Numbered from the stretch's first letter, positions 1 through 10,210 are shown. The stretch: DNA of 64,000 nucleotides from Gammaproteobacteria bacterium (GCA_965238225.1 OZ250183.1:352001-416000), one strand, 5' to 3'. Notes: generated from the sequence alone by a model not told the origin. Program-made: numbers and translations.

Positions 1-1
1 A

Positions 2-256
2 GAAAGAGAGGCACAAGCAGAAGCTAAGGCAACCAGAGATGTGTCTAATGCGATTGCATCAGGCAATATTCATGCGATTAACTATTTTGTTGCAAACAAG
101 TATATTGAAGCATTAAAAGATATTGCAGTTGCACCGAATCAGAAAGTGATCTTAATGCCGTTGGAAGCCAGCAATGTAATAGGCGCACTTGGAGGTATTA
201 GCGAAATTGCCAAAGAAACATTTGGACGGGGATCATCTCCTACAAACAAAAATTAA
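2..256 (+). CDS. qmcA: SPFH/band 7 (stomatin-like) protein, C-terminal part; 5' end outside window
   Basis: Open frame from nt 2: EREAQAEAKATRDVSNAIASGNIHAINYFVANKYIEALKDIA..NQKVILMPLEAS, the typical QmcA/YbbK C-terminus; followed by an NfeD partner. Confidence 0.85.
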   Translation, partial: EREAQAEAKATRDVSNAIASGNIHAINYFVANKYIEALKDIAVAPNQKVILMPLEASNVIGALGGISEIAKETFGRGSSPTNKN

Positions 257-287
257 TGACGAGGTTGATTAGTAGAAGGTAATTTCT

Positions 288-734
288 ATGGAATGGATGA
301 ATAATATTATATATTGGCATTGGCTAATTTTTGCCATTGTCTTGATCATTTTGGAAATACTTATTCCTGGTGCTTATCTTATATGGATGGGTGTTGCATC
401 AATTGTTATGGGTATCTTGATGTGTATCTTCCCGCATATGCCGATATTAGCTCAGGTTTTAATCTTTTCGATTTTATCTGTAATTATTGTGATGATGTAC
501 AGAATATATAAAAAGAAAAATCCAGCGGTCACAAGCGAACCTGCATTAAATCGTCGAGGGGAACAATACTTAGGTAGAGATTTTACCTTAACTGAACCTA
601 TTGTAGGTGGCTTAGGTAAAATAAAAGTTGATGATTCAACCTGGAAAATTTCTGGTATGGATGTGCCCGCAGGCGCGACCATTCGTGTTGTTTCTGTAGA
701 GGGTGCGATATTAAAAGTAGAGGCCGTGAATTAG
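288..734 (+). CDS. NfeD family membrane protein (YbbJ-like)
   Basis: Hydrophobic N-terminus with LEILIPGAYLIW, then LNRRGEQYLGR and OB-fold G.IKVDDSTW; adjacent to SPFH gene. Confidence 0.9.
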   Translation: MEWMNNIIYWHWLIFAIVLIILEILIPGAYLIWMGVASIVMGILMCIFPHMPILAQVLIFSILSVIIVMMYRIYKKKNPAVTSEPALNRRGEQYLGRDFTLTEPIVGGLGKIKVDDSTWKISGMDVPAGATIRVVSVEGAILKVEAVN

Positions 735-838
735 AGACACACAAATGTGAACTCATGAATTGACAATAACAGTTTTTTTCAGGATTAAAGTGGTTGTCGA
801 TATAGCGGTGTGAGCGTATCTTTGTATTATTCAGTGTA

Positions 839-1144
839 TCATTTATCAGACAGGAATTTATTCGTCAGACTTAGGCGCGCAAAGAGTATTTTTCTCTTAA
901 ATGAAGTGAGATTTGCACCGTGCTTACTTCCCTTAGTTAAGCGTTGCCGGAGACTTGCCAGATTCAGTTTCCCATTTTTTTTGAGTAATTCCCACGCTTG
1001 TTTATAAGATGTGCAGCTTTTAAAGCTGCACCCTTTAAAGCTCCATGTTCTATGATGCTCTAGTAAGTAAAACAATGTTTTTTTCAATAAGATTTGCCGA
1101 TTTTTTTCTCCGTAAAACCAACTTGGTCTAAACAAAATATGCAT
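839..1144 (-). pseudogene. Degraded ModE-family winged-HTH regulator (N-terminal domain)
   Basis: Joining frames gives LFYLLE/SIIEHGALKGAALKAA/SYKQAWELLKK/WETESGKSPATL/TKGSKHGANLTSF..KILFA, matching the ModE HTH pattern (LL..I...GS...AA....SY..AW.L...E...G..L....G.GA.LT); several frameshifts are needed. Confidence 0.65.
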
Positions 1145-1171
1145 TTAATAAGCTATTTAAAATTATTCTTA

Positions 1172-1198
1172 TACCGTACTATGATACGGTAGTACCGT
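1172..1198. promoter_or_regulatory. Candidate operator: TACCGTA-N6-TACGGTA followed by a third TACCGT half-site
   Basis: Perfect 7-bp inverted repeat at 1172-1191 and overlapping ACGGTA-G-TACCGT at 1186-1198, in the AT-rich divergent intergenic region. Confidence 0.45.
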
Positions 1199-1259
1199 TA
1201 GTAAATATGAAAATAAAAACATATTACAAAAATAGAAATAAAGCAGATGTAAATTAAAG

Positions 1260-2615
1260 ATGAAAAGAAAAACAATTGTACTTAATTTATTGCTGATTCT
1301 GTCTTTATGTATCACAAGCTCTGTTCAAGCTGAAAATCAGGCATTGATGGAATTATTAAAAGCCCTTTATGAAAACGGTACCATTGATGAGCAAACCTAC
1401 GATCTAGTTAAAAATGTTGCACAATCTAATGTAGAAAAAGAAAGAAATAAAGAAAAGAAGATTGCTCAGAAAATTACTCAAAAAGACACACGCCATGACA
1501 GGAGTAAACTTGATAAACGCAAGCATGATGAGCATAAGAAAGCATCAAAAAATAATATCAAAATTGGCGGACGTGTTCAGATAGACGGTGTCACCTATAG
1601 CGAAGACGAATCACGTCAAAATGACGGTACTGAGATTCGTCGGGCTCGCCTTTTTGCACAAGCTAATTTGGGAAATGCATGGGGTTACAAGCTGCAATAT
1701 GATTTTACTGATGATGGCATTGATGGAATCCAAGATGCCTATCTGGATTTTAAAGGCCTTAAAAATTACAAAATTAGAGTAGGTCATTTTAGAGAACCGT
1801 TTAGTTTACAAAGTATGACCAGTTCCAAATATGTGCTCTTTACAGAAAGAGCTTTACCGCATGTATTTTCAGAAGGACGCAACCTTGGATTACAGTTCAG
1901 TAGCAATGATCAGAACTGGAGTGCTGCGGTTGGTTTGTATAGCGACAACCGTGATGGGGTTGCAGGTGATAATGATGAAGGTTTTGGTGTCTCGGGTCGC
2001 GTTACCTATGCACCTATTTATAAAAAATCCCAAGCATTACATTTAGGCACATCTGTTGCATATCGTTCAACTGGTTCAATAAGTAGCTTACGCTTTCGTG
2101 AACGATCTGAATCACACATAAGCAATACGCGTTTGTTGGATACAGGTATTTTTGATGCTGATAGTTATACGAGTTTTGTTGGTGAAGCAGCTTATATCTA
2201 TGGATCATTTCATATACAAGGTGAATATTACCATACAAGCGTCTATCGTGATATCACAGTAAATCCAGATTTAAATTTTAGTGGTTTTTATGTTGAAGGT
2301 GGCTGGTTTCTGACCGGGGAATCTATGAACTATAAAGCATCGAAGGGTAGCTTTAGCCATATCTCACCCAAAGGTATCGTAGGTCGGGGAGGCGTTGGCG
2401 CTTGGCAAGTAGCATTGCGTTTTAGCAGTCTTGATTTGGCTGACGAAGATATTATCGGCGGTGAGGAAGATAATTTTACTATTGGGCTTAATTGGTACGC
2501 GACACCAAGCATTCGATTTATCGCAAATTATGTCAATGTTTTGGATGTGAAGGGCGGTGCCTTCGACGGCGATGAGCCCGCAGCATTCCAGATAAGAACG
2601 CAGCTTGAATTCTAG
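1260..2615 (+). CDS. OprO/OprP family anion-selective porin
   Basis: Signal peptide; IGGRVQID, EIRRARL, IQDAY, GHFREPFSL..MTSSKY..FTER, YVEGGWFLTGE, GLNWY motifs; C-terminal Phe. Confidence 0.9.
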   Translation: MKRKTIVLNLLLILSLCITSSVQAENQALMELLKALYENGTIDEQTYDLVKNVAQSNVEKERNKEKKIAQKITQKDTRHDRSKLDKRKHDEHKKASKNNIKIGGRVQIDGVTYSEDESRQNDGTEIRRARLFAQANLGNAWGYKLQYDFTDDGIDGIQDAYLDFKGLKNYKIRVGHFREPFSLQSMTSSKYVLFTERALPHVFSEGRNLGLQFSSNDQNWSAAVGLYSDNRDGVAGDNDEGFGVSGRVTYAPIYKKSQALHLGTSVAYRSTGSISSLRFRERSESHISNTRLLDTGIFDADSYTSFVGEAAYIYGSFHIQGEYYHTSVYRDITVNPDLNFSGFYVEGGWFLTGESMNYKASKGSFSHISPKGIVGRGGVGAWQVALRFSSLDLADEDIIGGEEDNFTIGLNWYATPSIRFIANYVNVLDVKGGAFDGDEPAAFQIRTQLEF

Positions 2616-2705
2616 AAGATAGTATTGAGATATATGAGGGTAATATATATTGGTGCAATGATTTTTATAAAAAAATTATTCTGTTTTTTATTTTTTTAAT
2701 ATGTT

Positions 2706-2840
2706 TTGCGCCGAACATTAAAAAAAATTGATCAAGGAGAATATGGTTACTGTCTTGAATGTGATAAAGAAATTCCGGAAGCAAGATTAAAATTAGCTCC
2801 GATTACGTCACCTTGTCTGGCTTGCGACAGTAGAAAGTAA
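2706..2840 (+). pseudogene. DksA/TraR C4 zinc-finger fragment (44 aa, not in ORF track)
   Basis: LRRTLKKIDQGEYGYCLECDKEIPEARLKLAPITSPCLACDSRK*; CxxC..CxxC intact, N-terminal helical part absent (in-frame TAA at 2697). Confidence 0.8.
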
Positions 2841-2881
2841 ATTCGGTAAATCAAATAAACGAGCTAAATTCCACATGTAAT

Positions 2882-3988
2882 TTAAGTTATATATTGTATT
2901 AATGCCCACTCAATATGTTCTTTTACTAATTTAGATGTATGTGATTTCTTTTTTTCAAGTACGCGAGTAATAGTATGAAAAGTATCTTTGTCAACAGTTT
3001 TATTTTTAACTAAGTTACGCATTAAATTACCCAGAGCAATAGCGATATTTCTCAACCATGCCTCGTAACCGATACGTCTTATTGCAGAGCCTTCGGTTTT
3101 TTTCAGGAATTCTTCTTCTGTCCAGCTAAATAAATCTACCAGTGTCGATGAATCCAGATTATTTCTAACGGTGAAATCTTGTTCTGTTGTGTGAATTGAA
3201 AATTTATTCCAAGGGCAAACGATCTGACAATCATCACAACCGTAAATCCGGTTGCCTATATCTTTTCTGAATTCGTCGGGAATTGATCCGCGTAATTCAA
3301 TAGTCAGGTAGGAGATACATCGTCTGGCATCAACTACATAAGGTTCGACGATGGCTTGCGTAGGACAAATATCAATACATGCAGTACAAGAGCCACAATG
3401 ATCCGTAACAAATGGTTTATCCATGGGTAAGGGCAGGTCTGTATATATTTCACCCAAGAAAAACCATGAGCCTGCCTTTGGACTAATTAAATTTGTATGC
3501 TTACCAATCCAGCCCAGCCCCGAGTTTCTGGCAATGGCTTTTTCCAGAACAGGCGCACTATCTGTAAAGGTACGGTATCCAAATTTACCCGTGACTTTTG
3601 AGATCTTTTCTGTCAGTTTTTGCAATCGTTTGCGAATGAGTTTGTGATAGTCACGGCCAGTAGCGTAGCGTGAGACATAAGCTTTCTGCGGATCATTTAA
3701 TATGGTTTCTGGATCTTTGCCATTTTCAGGCATGTAATCTAGTCGCACAGATATAATTCTTATGGTTCCTGGGATTAATTCAGCAGGGCGAGAGCGTTTG
3801 TTGCCGTGTCGCTGCATATAATCCATTTTACCGTGCATGGCTTTACTTAACCATTTGAGCAAATATTTTTCATCTTTTGCCAGATCAATATCACTAACTC
3901 CGATTTGTTGAAAACCGAGTTCAAGCCCCCAGTCTTTAATTTGTTTGGCCAGATTTATGTAGTTTATATCGTTTAAAGATTTATACAT
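2882..3988 (-). CDS. queG: Epoxyqueuosine reductase
   Basis: SRYATGRDYH, DSAPVLE, CGSCTACIDICPT, DARRCISYLTIE, GCDDCQIVCPWN. Confidence 0.96.
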   Translation of the reverse strand: MYKSLNDINYINLAKQIKDWGLELGFQQIGVSDIDLAKDEKYLLKWLSKAMHGKMDYMQRHGNKRSRPAELIPGTIRIISVRLDYMPENGKDPETILNDPQKAYVSRYATGRDYHKLIRKRLQKLTEKISKVTGKFGYRTFTDSAPVLEKAIARNSGLGWIGKHTNLISPKAGSWFFLGEIYTDLPLPMDKPFVTDHCGSCTACIDICPTQAIVEPYVVDARRCISYLTIELRGSIPDEFRKDIGNRIYGCDDCQIVCPWNKFSIHTTEQDFTVRNNLDSSTLVDLFSWTEEEFLKKTEGSAIRRIGYEAWLRNIAIALGNLMRNLVKNKTVDKDTFHTITRVLEKKKSHTSKLVKEHIEWALIQYIT

Positions 3989-4082
3989 TGTAAATTCTGC
4001 ATAGTCACAACCGGGATGATATTAAATATACAAGCACACAGTGTTCATGATAACATCGAAAATCAGGTAATATTTTAAATCG

Positions 4083-5171
4083 ATGTTTGAATATCTAAAT
4101 TCATGGTATCGCAGATACTTTACTGATCCGCAGGCGGCATTATTAGTCGTTGTATTGGTCGTTGGTTTTGCAATTATATTTACCATGGGAAGAATGTTGG
4201 CACCGTTAGTCTCAGCGATAATAATTGCCTACTTACTTGAAGGTCTAACACAAAAAATTCAGAAAAAAATTACTTCAAGATTGTTGTCCGTATATATCGT
4301 CTTCATTCTCTTCATGACCTGTCTGATTTTTTTGTTATTTGGGCTATTGCCTATTTTATCTAAGCAATTAAGTCAGTTTTTACAGGATGTTCCTGACATG
4401 ATAAGTAATGGTCAAGAGCTTTTGTTAAAACTTCCGGAAAAATATACTGGTATTATTTCTGAGGCTGCTGTGCGAGATGTGATACTTGCGATCAAAGGTG
4501 GTTTCAGCGATCTTGGTCAGCATGTATTATCGATTTCTCTGGCATCCATCCCCGCCATTGTTGGCATATTGATTTATCTAGTTCTCGTACCAGTAATGAT
4601 TTTTTTCTTTCTGAAGGATAAAATAATCATTATTGTTTGGCTAACACAATTTTTACCTTCTGAGCGACAGCTCATTACAGAAATCTGGCAAGAAATGGAT
4701 GCTCAGATTGGTAATTATATCCGCGGCAAGTTTAACGAAATTTTCATTGTTTTTGTTGTGTCATTGATACTTTTTAAATTCATGGATTTAAATTACGCAT
4801 CATTGCTGGCATTAGTAGTGGGACTATCTGTTTTGATTCCTTATGTCGGCGCTGCTGTAGTCACATTGCCTGTAATGTTGGTTGGGTATTTTCAGTGGGG
4901 CTTGGACGGTCAGTTCATGTGGCTAATGGTAAGTTACATGATTCTGCAATTCTTGGATGGCAATGTTCTGGTGCCAGTTCTGTTTTCGGATGCTGTCAAT
5001 CTTCACCCCATCGCTATTATTGTAGCGATATTGGTATTCGGTGGCTTATGGGGGTTTGTTGGTTTGTTTTTTGCAATTCCATTAGCGACTTTGGTCAAGG
5101 CCTTGATTAATGTTTGGCCAACCACTGCGGATTATTCTGAGGATGCTTCATTAGAGACTGCTGAGGTTTGA
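4083..5171 (+). CDS. perM: AI-2E family transporter (PerM/YfgO)
   Basis: Multi-TM protein with YIRGK, LIPYVG, LDGNVLVP.LFS..VNLHP; synteny with bcp-gcvR-dapA. Confidence 0.9.
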   Translation: MFEYLNSWYRRYFTDPQAALLVVVLVVGFAIIFTMGRMLAPLVSAIIIAYLLEGLTQKIQKKITSRLLSVYIVFILFMTCLIFLLFGLLPILSKQLSQFLQDVPDMISNGQELLLKLPEKYTGIISEAAVRDVILAIKGGFSDLGQHVLSISLASIPAIVGILIYLVLVPVMIFFFLKDKIIIIVWLTQFLPSERQLITEIWQEMDAQIGNYIRGKFNEIFIVFVVSLILFKFMDLNYASLLALVVGLSVLIPYVGAAVVTLPVMLVGYFQWGLDGQFMWLMVSYMILQFLDGNVLVPVLFSDAVNLHPIAIIVAILVFGGLWGFVGLFFAIPLATLVKALINVWPTTADYSEDASLETAEV

Positions 5172-5317
5172 GTTAGACCGTAGGTTTGTTTATTAACTTG
5201 GTCTCGTTTCCTGTGTAAAGTGGGAACAGAAAATATAAATTAATTAATGGCACATTGCTTTTTTCATAAATTATCTATTGCTATTTCCTGCTTATCTATT
5301 GTCTTTTAGTTTAGGCT

Positions 5318-5785
5318 TTACATTCTTTTTATTTCTTCGAGAACCTCTTTGACATGACCTTTTACTTTTACTTTACGCCATTCATGTATCAAGATACCTT
5401 TTTCATCTATTAGAAATGTGCTGCGTTCAATTCCCATCACTGCTTTACCATACATATTTTTTTCTTTAATTACATCAAACTGTGCGCATAATTTCTCATC
5501 AGAATCCGAGAGTAGTTCAAATGTGAATGACTGTTTGTTTTTAAAATTTTCGTGTGATTTAATACTATCGCGTGAGATGCCAAGGATGATGGTATTTCTT
5601 GCATTGAATTTTCTTTTGTTATCGCGGAAATCTTGGCCTTCTAAGGTGCACCCTGGAGTACTGTCTTTTGGATAAAAATATAAAACAATGTTTTTACCCT
5701 TAAAATCAGATAATTGGATATTTTTCGATCCTGTCGCGGCTAATTTTATATCTGCAATTTTTTTGCCAATTCTTACCTTTGCCAT
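5318..5785 (-). CDS. bcp: Thioredoxin-dependent peroxiredoxin Bcp
   Basis: YFYPKDSTPGCT peroxidatic Cys motif; ERSTFLID. Confidence 0.93.
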   Translation of the reverse strand: MAKVRIGKKIADIKLAATGSKNIQLSDFKGKNIVLYFYPKDSTPGCTLEGQDFRDNKRKFNARNTIILGISRDSIKSHENFKNKQSFTFELLSDSDEKLCAQFDVIKEKNMYGKAVMGIERSTFLIDEKGILIHEWRKVKVKGHVKEVLEEIKRM

Positions 5786-5832
5786 GATTAATGTTACGCT
5801 ATCTTTATTATTTTTTTACTAGATTAGTTGAA

Positions 5833-6357
5833 TTATTTTACTGGTTCCGGTATCGCATAAAAATTCAGTCGACCACAAAAAATCATTGAAATCGTTGCGG
5901 ATTGTTGAGATAGAAATATTAACAGGGATACTTAGATGGTGGCATTTAAGTGAGAACATTTGTGTGCCACTGTGTTGCCTTGTAGGTATTTGTGAGCATA
6001 TCATGGATTACAATATCATTAATTTACCAAAAAATCAGTGATGTCATGGACAATGCCGATGCGATCTATAGTACGATTTCTATAGCATATAGGCAAGCAT
6101 TGGGCAGGTTTTTCAGAGGAATTCGTTCTGCGGAATTGGAATTTTCCACATCTAGTTTTTTCAGAGATGGCAGCATGTACTCTAATTTGGCCACAGCATT
6201 CCAGTTACCGCTTAACGTCATGGATAGAGAAAACTCGTTTCCCAGAGCAACGACACGGCTGTCTATTACATTACAATTACATTCCTTGATTGCTTTTGAG
6301 AATTTTTTGATAATTTGAGGGTGCCCCCAGTGCTGTTAGCACGATGTAATTCTGCAT
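5833..6357 (-). pseudogene. gcvR: Glycine cleavage system regulator GcvR, multiply frameshifted
   Basis: Fragments MQNYIVLTALG / FSKAIKECNCNVIDSRVVALGNEFSLSMTLSGNWNAVAKLE / DRIGIVHDITDF / HSGTQMFSL / SIPVNISISTIRNDF / EPVK* in different frames; 525 nt span; canonical position between bcp and dapA. Confidence 0.88.
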
Positions 6358-6673
6358 TTTACCCAATGATCTTTAATGGAGTTTCTGCTAATGGATTGCA
6401 GGCTCATTGTCTGTTTTTGTCTCCGCATTTACAAGTAATTTGGGTTATTATGAGAACTTTTTGGAAGTATTTTTCAAATAAGATTCCTCAAAAAAATTAC
6501 AGAAATGGAAAATTTTATAAGTTATGGAATTTATTGTTATCGCTTAATTATAGTATAATATGTCGTTGACCGTTATAAGTGCGCATTCAGATGTTCTGGA
6601 TTTACAGATATACTAAAAGCGTAAGCATTGAATTTTGACGATATTTTAAGTATGGAGGTTAAAGGATTTAGAT

Positions 6674-7564
6674 ATGTTTCAAGGCAGTATGGTCGCTGTA
6701 GTTACCCCCATGCAGAAAGGAAATATACCAGATACACCACTGGACAAAGAAAGTCTGGCTGGACTGGTTGAATTCCATATTGAGAATAAAACGGATGCGA
6801 TCGTAGCTGTGGGCACTACAGGTGAATCTGCGACCTTAGATAATGAGGAGCACTGCGAGGTTATTCGCCAAGTGGTAGAATTTGTTAATGGACGCATTCC
6901 TGTGATTGCTGGTACTGGTGCAAATTCAACAACGGAAGCAATTTACCTGACACAATGTGCAAAAGATATAGGTGCAGATGCGTGTTTATTGGTCACGCCT
7001 TATTACAACAAGCCGACACAGGAGGGTTTATATTTACATTACAAGGCTGTAGCAGAAGCGGTAAATATTCCGCAGATTCTGTATAATGTGCCGAGTCGTA
7101 CAGCCTGTGACATGTTGCCAGAAACGATTGGCAGATTGTCGAAGATGGATAATATTATCGGTGTTAAGGAAGCGACAGCTGATTTAAGTCGTATCGAGAC
7201 GATTAGATCGTTTTGCCATGATAACTTCATATTGGTCAGTGGTGATGATGCAACAACAAAAGAATTTTTATTACGAGGCGGTAATGGAGTGATTTCTGTA
7301 ACGGCAAATGTCGTTCCTAGTGCAATGCATGAATTATGTAAATTTGCAAAAGCAGGGGATATTGAAGCTGCAACAAAAATTGATGATACTCTGACTGATT
7401 TACACGAACATTTATTTGTAGAATCTAGTCCAATTCCTACCAAGTGGGCATTACACAAGATGGGATTGATTAAGGCAGGCATCAGGCTTCCGCTTACCTG
7501 GATGACAAAGAGATCAGAGGATGTTCTTATACAATCCATGCGAAAAGCAAATATTGCTGCATGA
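6674..7564 (+). CDS. dapA: 4-hydroxy-tetrahydrodipicolinate synthase
   Basis: GTTGESATL, PYYNKPTQEG, LYNVPSRT, GVKEAT. Confidence 0.97.
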   Translation: MFQGSMVAVVTPMQKGNIPDTPLDKESLAGLVEFHIENKTDAIVAVGTTGESATLDNEEHCEVIRQVVEFVNGRIPVIAGTGANSTTEAIYLTQCAKDIGADACLLVTPYYNKPTQEGLYLHYKAVAEAVNIPQILYNVPSRTACDMLPETIGRLSKMDNIIGVKEATADLSRIETIRSFCHDNFILVSGDDATTKEFLLRGGNGVISVTANVVPSAMHELCKFAKAGDIEAATKIDDTLTDLHEHLFVESSPIPTKWALHKMGLIKAGIRLPLTWMTKRSEDVLIQSMRKANIAA

Positions 7565-7724
7565 AATTATTTAATGAATATATATCAAACATTATTGAAA
7601 ATAAGCAAAAATCAACTCTGTTATACTAGACCAGAGATGCCAAGGATGACCCTTGTTTAATATTTTTCAATTATTTGGATAATTTAAGAGAATTTAAACT
7701 AAAAACAATATAGAAATTTATATT

Positions 7725-8795
7725 ATGTTATCAAAAAAAATATTTTTACTACTCCTTACCTTAAACTTAGTAAGCGGCTGTGGGTCATTTCCTAGTCTAA
7801 GTGACGTGATACCAGACAACAGAACCAAATATAAAAAGAGCCAATCATTGCCTGACTTAGAGGTGCCGCCAGATTTAACCAGTGAGGCGTTGAATGATCA
7901 ATTGGTGATTCCAGATGAAGAAAATGCCAAGACGCTGTCTGAATTTCAACGGCGTAGGTTCATACGTCAGGGCGGGCAAGTCTCTGATACAGAAATTGCG
8001 ATGTTGGACAATACTGGTAAAAAATATCTATTAGTACAGGGAACAACGTTTTCAATCTGGCCTAAGTTGCGCGAATTCTGGTTGGCTAAAGGTTTTGAGA
8101 TGGATCTTGATGATGCTGAACTTGGTGTAATGGAAACACAATTCAAGGAAATCTCAGTCGAGGGCGCGGCAACAAACAGAGAAAAATTCAAGATAATTTC
8201 AGAAGAAAGTAGAATGCAGGGAAGCTTGATATTGTTCCTTGTAAGCGAAGCACAGGAAAAAATACCGCTTGATGATGGTAGTTCTGGCTGGATAGATAAG
8301 GCAAACAGTAAGGAACGGACTGAAGGGCTTATAAGTGAATTGGATATACATTTTTATGGCGCACCTAAAGCACGCTCTTCTGCAAGCGAAAAGCAGATAA
8401 CTAGCCCTGAAAATCCTATGAGGAGGGCTAAGATATTAAACGCCGGAGAAGGCAAAGAATATTTAACTATCCCTGATGAATTTTTTAAAGCATGGCGCAG
8501 CATTGAAGACATTCTCAACGAATTGGATATGCAGATTGAGAATAAAGATGCGGAAAAAGGTATTTATTTTGTTGTCTATAATGTTATCTCGGACAAACAA
8601 AATAAAGGTCTATTATCGAGGCTTAAATTCTGGGAAAGTGATGAAGAAGCACAGGAATTTCACATTAGCCTGACTGGTGTTGGCGATAAGACTGAAATCA
8701 TTGTTCTAGACAAAGAAGACCAATGGATAGAAAGCGAAGAAGTGAGCCGTATACTAAGCCTGATCCAGAATCAGTATAATAGACTGTTAAGATAG
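7725..8795 (+). CDS. bamC: Outer membrane assembly lipoprotein BamC (NlpB/DapX)
   Basis: Lipobox VSGC; LEVPPDLT; G.METQ; directly downstream of dapA. Confidence 0.85.
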   Translation: MLSKKIFLLLLTLNLVSGCGSFPSLSDVIPDNRTKYKKSQSLPDLEVPPDLTSEALNDQLVIPDEENAKTLSEFQRRRFIRQGGQVSDTEIAMLDNTGKKYLLVQGTTFSIWPKLREFWLAKGFEMDLDDAELGVMETQFKEISVEGAATNREKFKIISEESRMQGSLILFLVSEAQEKIPLDDGSSGWIDKANSKERTEGLISELDIHFYGAPKARSSASEKQITSPENPMRRAKILNAGEGKEYLTIPDEFFKAWRSIEDILNELDMQIENKDAEKGIYFVVYNVISDKQNKGLLSRLKFWESDEEAQEFHISLTGVGDKTEIIVLDKEDQWIESEEVSRILSLIQNQYNRLLR

Positions 8796-8812
8796 CAGTA
8801 AATTTTTGCCGC

Positions 8813-10210
8813 TTATTTCTTTTTAACATGACGCACAAGGCGTCTGCGTTTGTCTTTTTGTCTATTGGTCAGGATACTTTTCTTGTCTTTATACGGATTA
8901 TCTCCTTGTTTAAAATCTATCAAAACAGGTGTCCCTGTAAGTTTTAATTGTTTCCTCATTTGGTTAGACAAATAGCGTTTATACGACTCAGGGGCACGAT
9001 CAGTTTGATTGCCATGCACAATAATTCGTATCGGATCATGTCCGCCTATATGGGCATAACGTAATTTGATACGTCTGCCGTGAACTACAGGTGGTGAGTG
9101 AGCTTGAGTTGCCTGTTGCAGAATTGATGTTATCTTGGAGGTGGATGGTTCGATCGAGATTGATTCTGAAATCTTTTTAATTGATACAAATAGTTTCCCA
9201 ACGCCACTACCATGAAGTGCAGAAATAAAATGGATGCAGGCATAATCAATAAACCCTAGTTTTCTGTCCAGTTGCGCCTTGATTCTGTTTTTATGTGAGA
9301 ATTCTAATCCGTCCCATTTATTAATAGCAATAATCAACGCTTTGCCACTATTAGCAATCAATCCGAGCAAGCTGGCATCCTGTTCCGTGATGGCTTCATG
9401 AGCATCGATCACAAGAATAACAATTTGTGTGCTGTCGATTGCTTGAAGCGATTGCACAACACTAAATTTCTCAACGGTATCATTAATCTTTGATCGCCTG
9501 CGTATGCCTGCCGTGTCAATCAAGGTGTAAGGTATTCCGTCACGTTCAAAAGGAATGGCAATACTATTTCTGGTAGTTCCTGGGTGACTAAAAGTGATCA
9601 TGCGTTCTTCGCCAAGAATCCTATTAGTTAGTGTAGATTTTCCAACATTGGGGCGACCAAGTACCGTGATGCGCAATCCGTGTTTAGTTTGTTTTTCGTC
9701 TTCTGACTTAGAAGGCAATTGTTTAATAACTTCATCCATGAGTTTTCTGACACCTGTGCCCCGTTTGGCCGAGATAGCAAAAAGCTCGTTAAAACCGAGA
9801 CAGTAAAAATCAGATAAAACAATATCTATATTAAACCCCTCGGTTTTGTTAGCAACCAGAAAGATACAATTACATTTCTGACGCAAAATCTTGGCGAGGT
9901 ACTCGTCTTCTGATGTCAGACCTTCACGTCCATCAACCAGCCATATCAGCGCATCTGCCTCTTCTGTTGCACGTAAAGATTGATGGGATATAAGCCTAGA
10001 AATATTTTCTGAGTTTTTATCGTTTCTATCTAAACCGCCAGTATCAACCAGTATGAATTCACGCCCTTGATAATTGCCAAATCCATATTGCCGATCACGC
10101 GTTACTCCTGGTCGATCTACGACAAGTGCATTACGAGTGCGTGTGAGGAAGTTAAATAAGGTGGACTTACCGACGTTTGGGCGGCCAACGATGGCAATAA
10201 TGGACTTCAT
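8813..10210 (-). CDS. der: Ribosome biogenesis GTPase Der (EngA)
   Basis: Two GRPNVGKST P-loops, DTGG/DTAG, NKWD, KLRYAH. Confidence 0.97.
   Translation of the reverse strand: MKSIIAIVGRPNVGKSTLFNFLTRTRNALVVDRPGVTRDRQYGFGNYQGREFILVDTGGLDRNDKNSENISRLISHQSLRATEEADALIWLVDGREGLTSEDEYLAKILRQKCNCIFLVANKTEGFNIDIVLSDFYCLGFNELFAISAKRGTGVRKLMDEVIKQLPSKSEDEKQTKHGLRITVLGRPNVGKSTLTNRILGEERMITFSHPGTTRNSIAIPFERDGIPYTLIDTAGIRRRSKINDTVEKFSVVQSLQAIDSTQIVILVIDAHEAITEQDASLLGLIANSGKALIIAINKWDGLEFSHKNRIKAQLDRKLGFIDYACIHFISALHGSGVGKLFVSIKKISESISIEPSTSKITSILQQATQAHSPPVVHGRRIKLRYAHIGGHDPIRIIVHGNQTDRAPESYKRYLSNQMRKQLKLTGTPVLIDFKQGDNPYKDKKSILTNRQKDKRRRLVRHVKKK

Noticed and set aside
1011-1031. Perfect palindrome GTGCAGCTTT-T-AAAGCTGCAC
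   Set aside because: It lies within the ModE-like relic and is explained by Ala-Ala-Leu-Lys-Ala-Ala codons; single copy
5992-6569. Plus-strand ORFs of 108 and 84 aa
   Set aside because: Antisense shadows of the gcvR pseudogene and its promoter region; no motifs
7039-7539. 166-aa antisense ORF in dapA and similar shadow ORFs across the window
   Set aside because: Fully overlap well-supported genes and have no recognisable motifs
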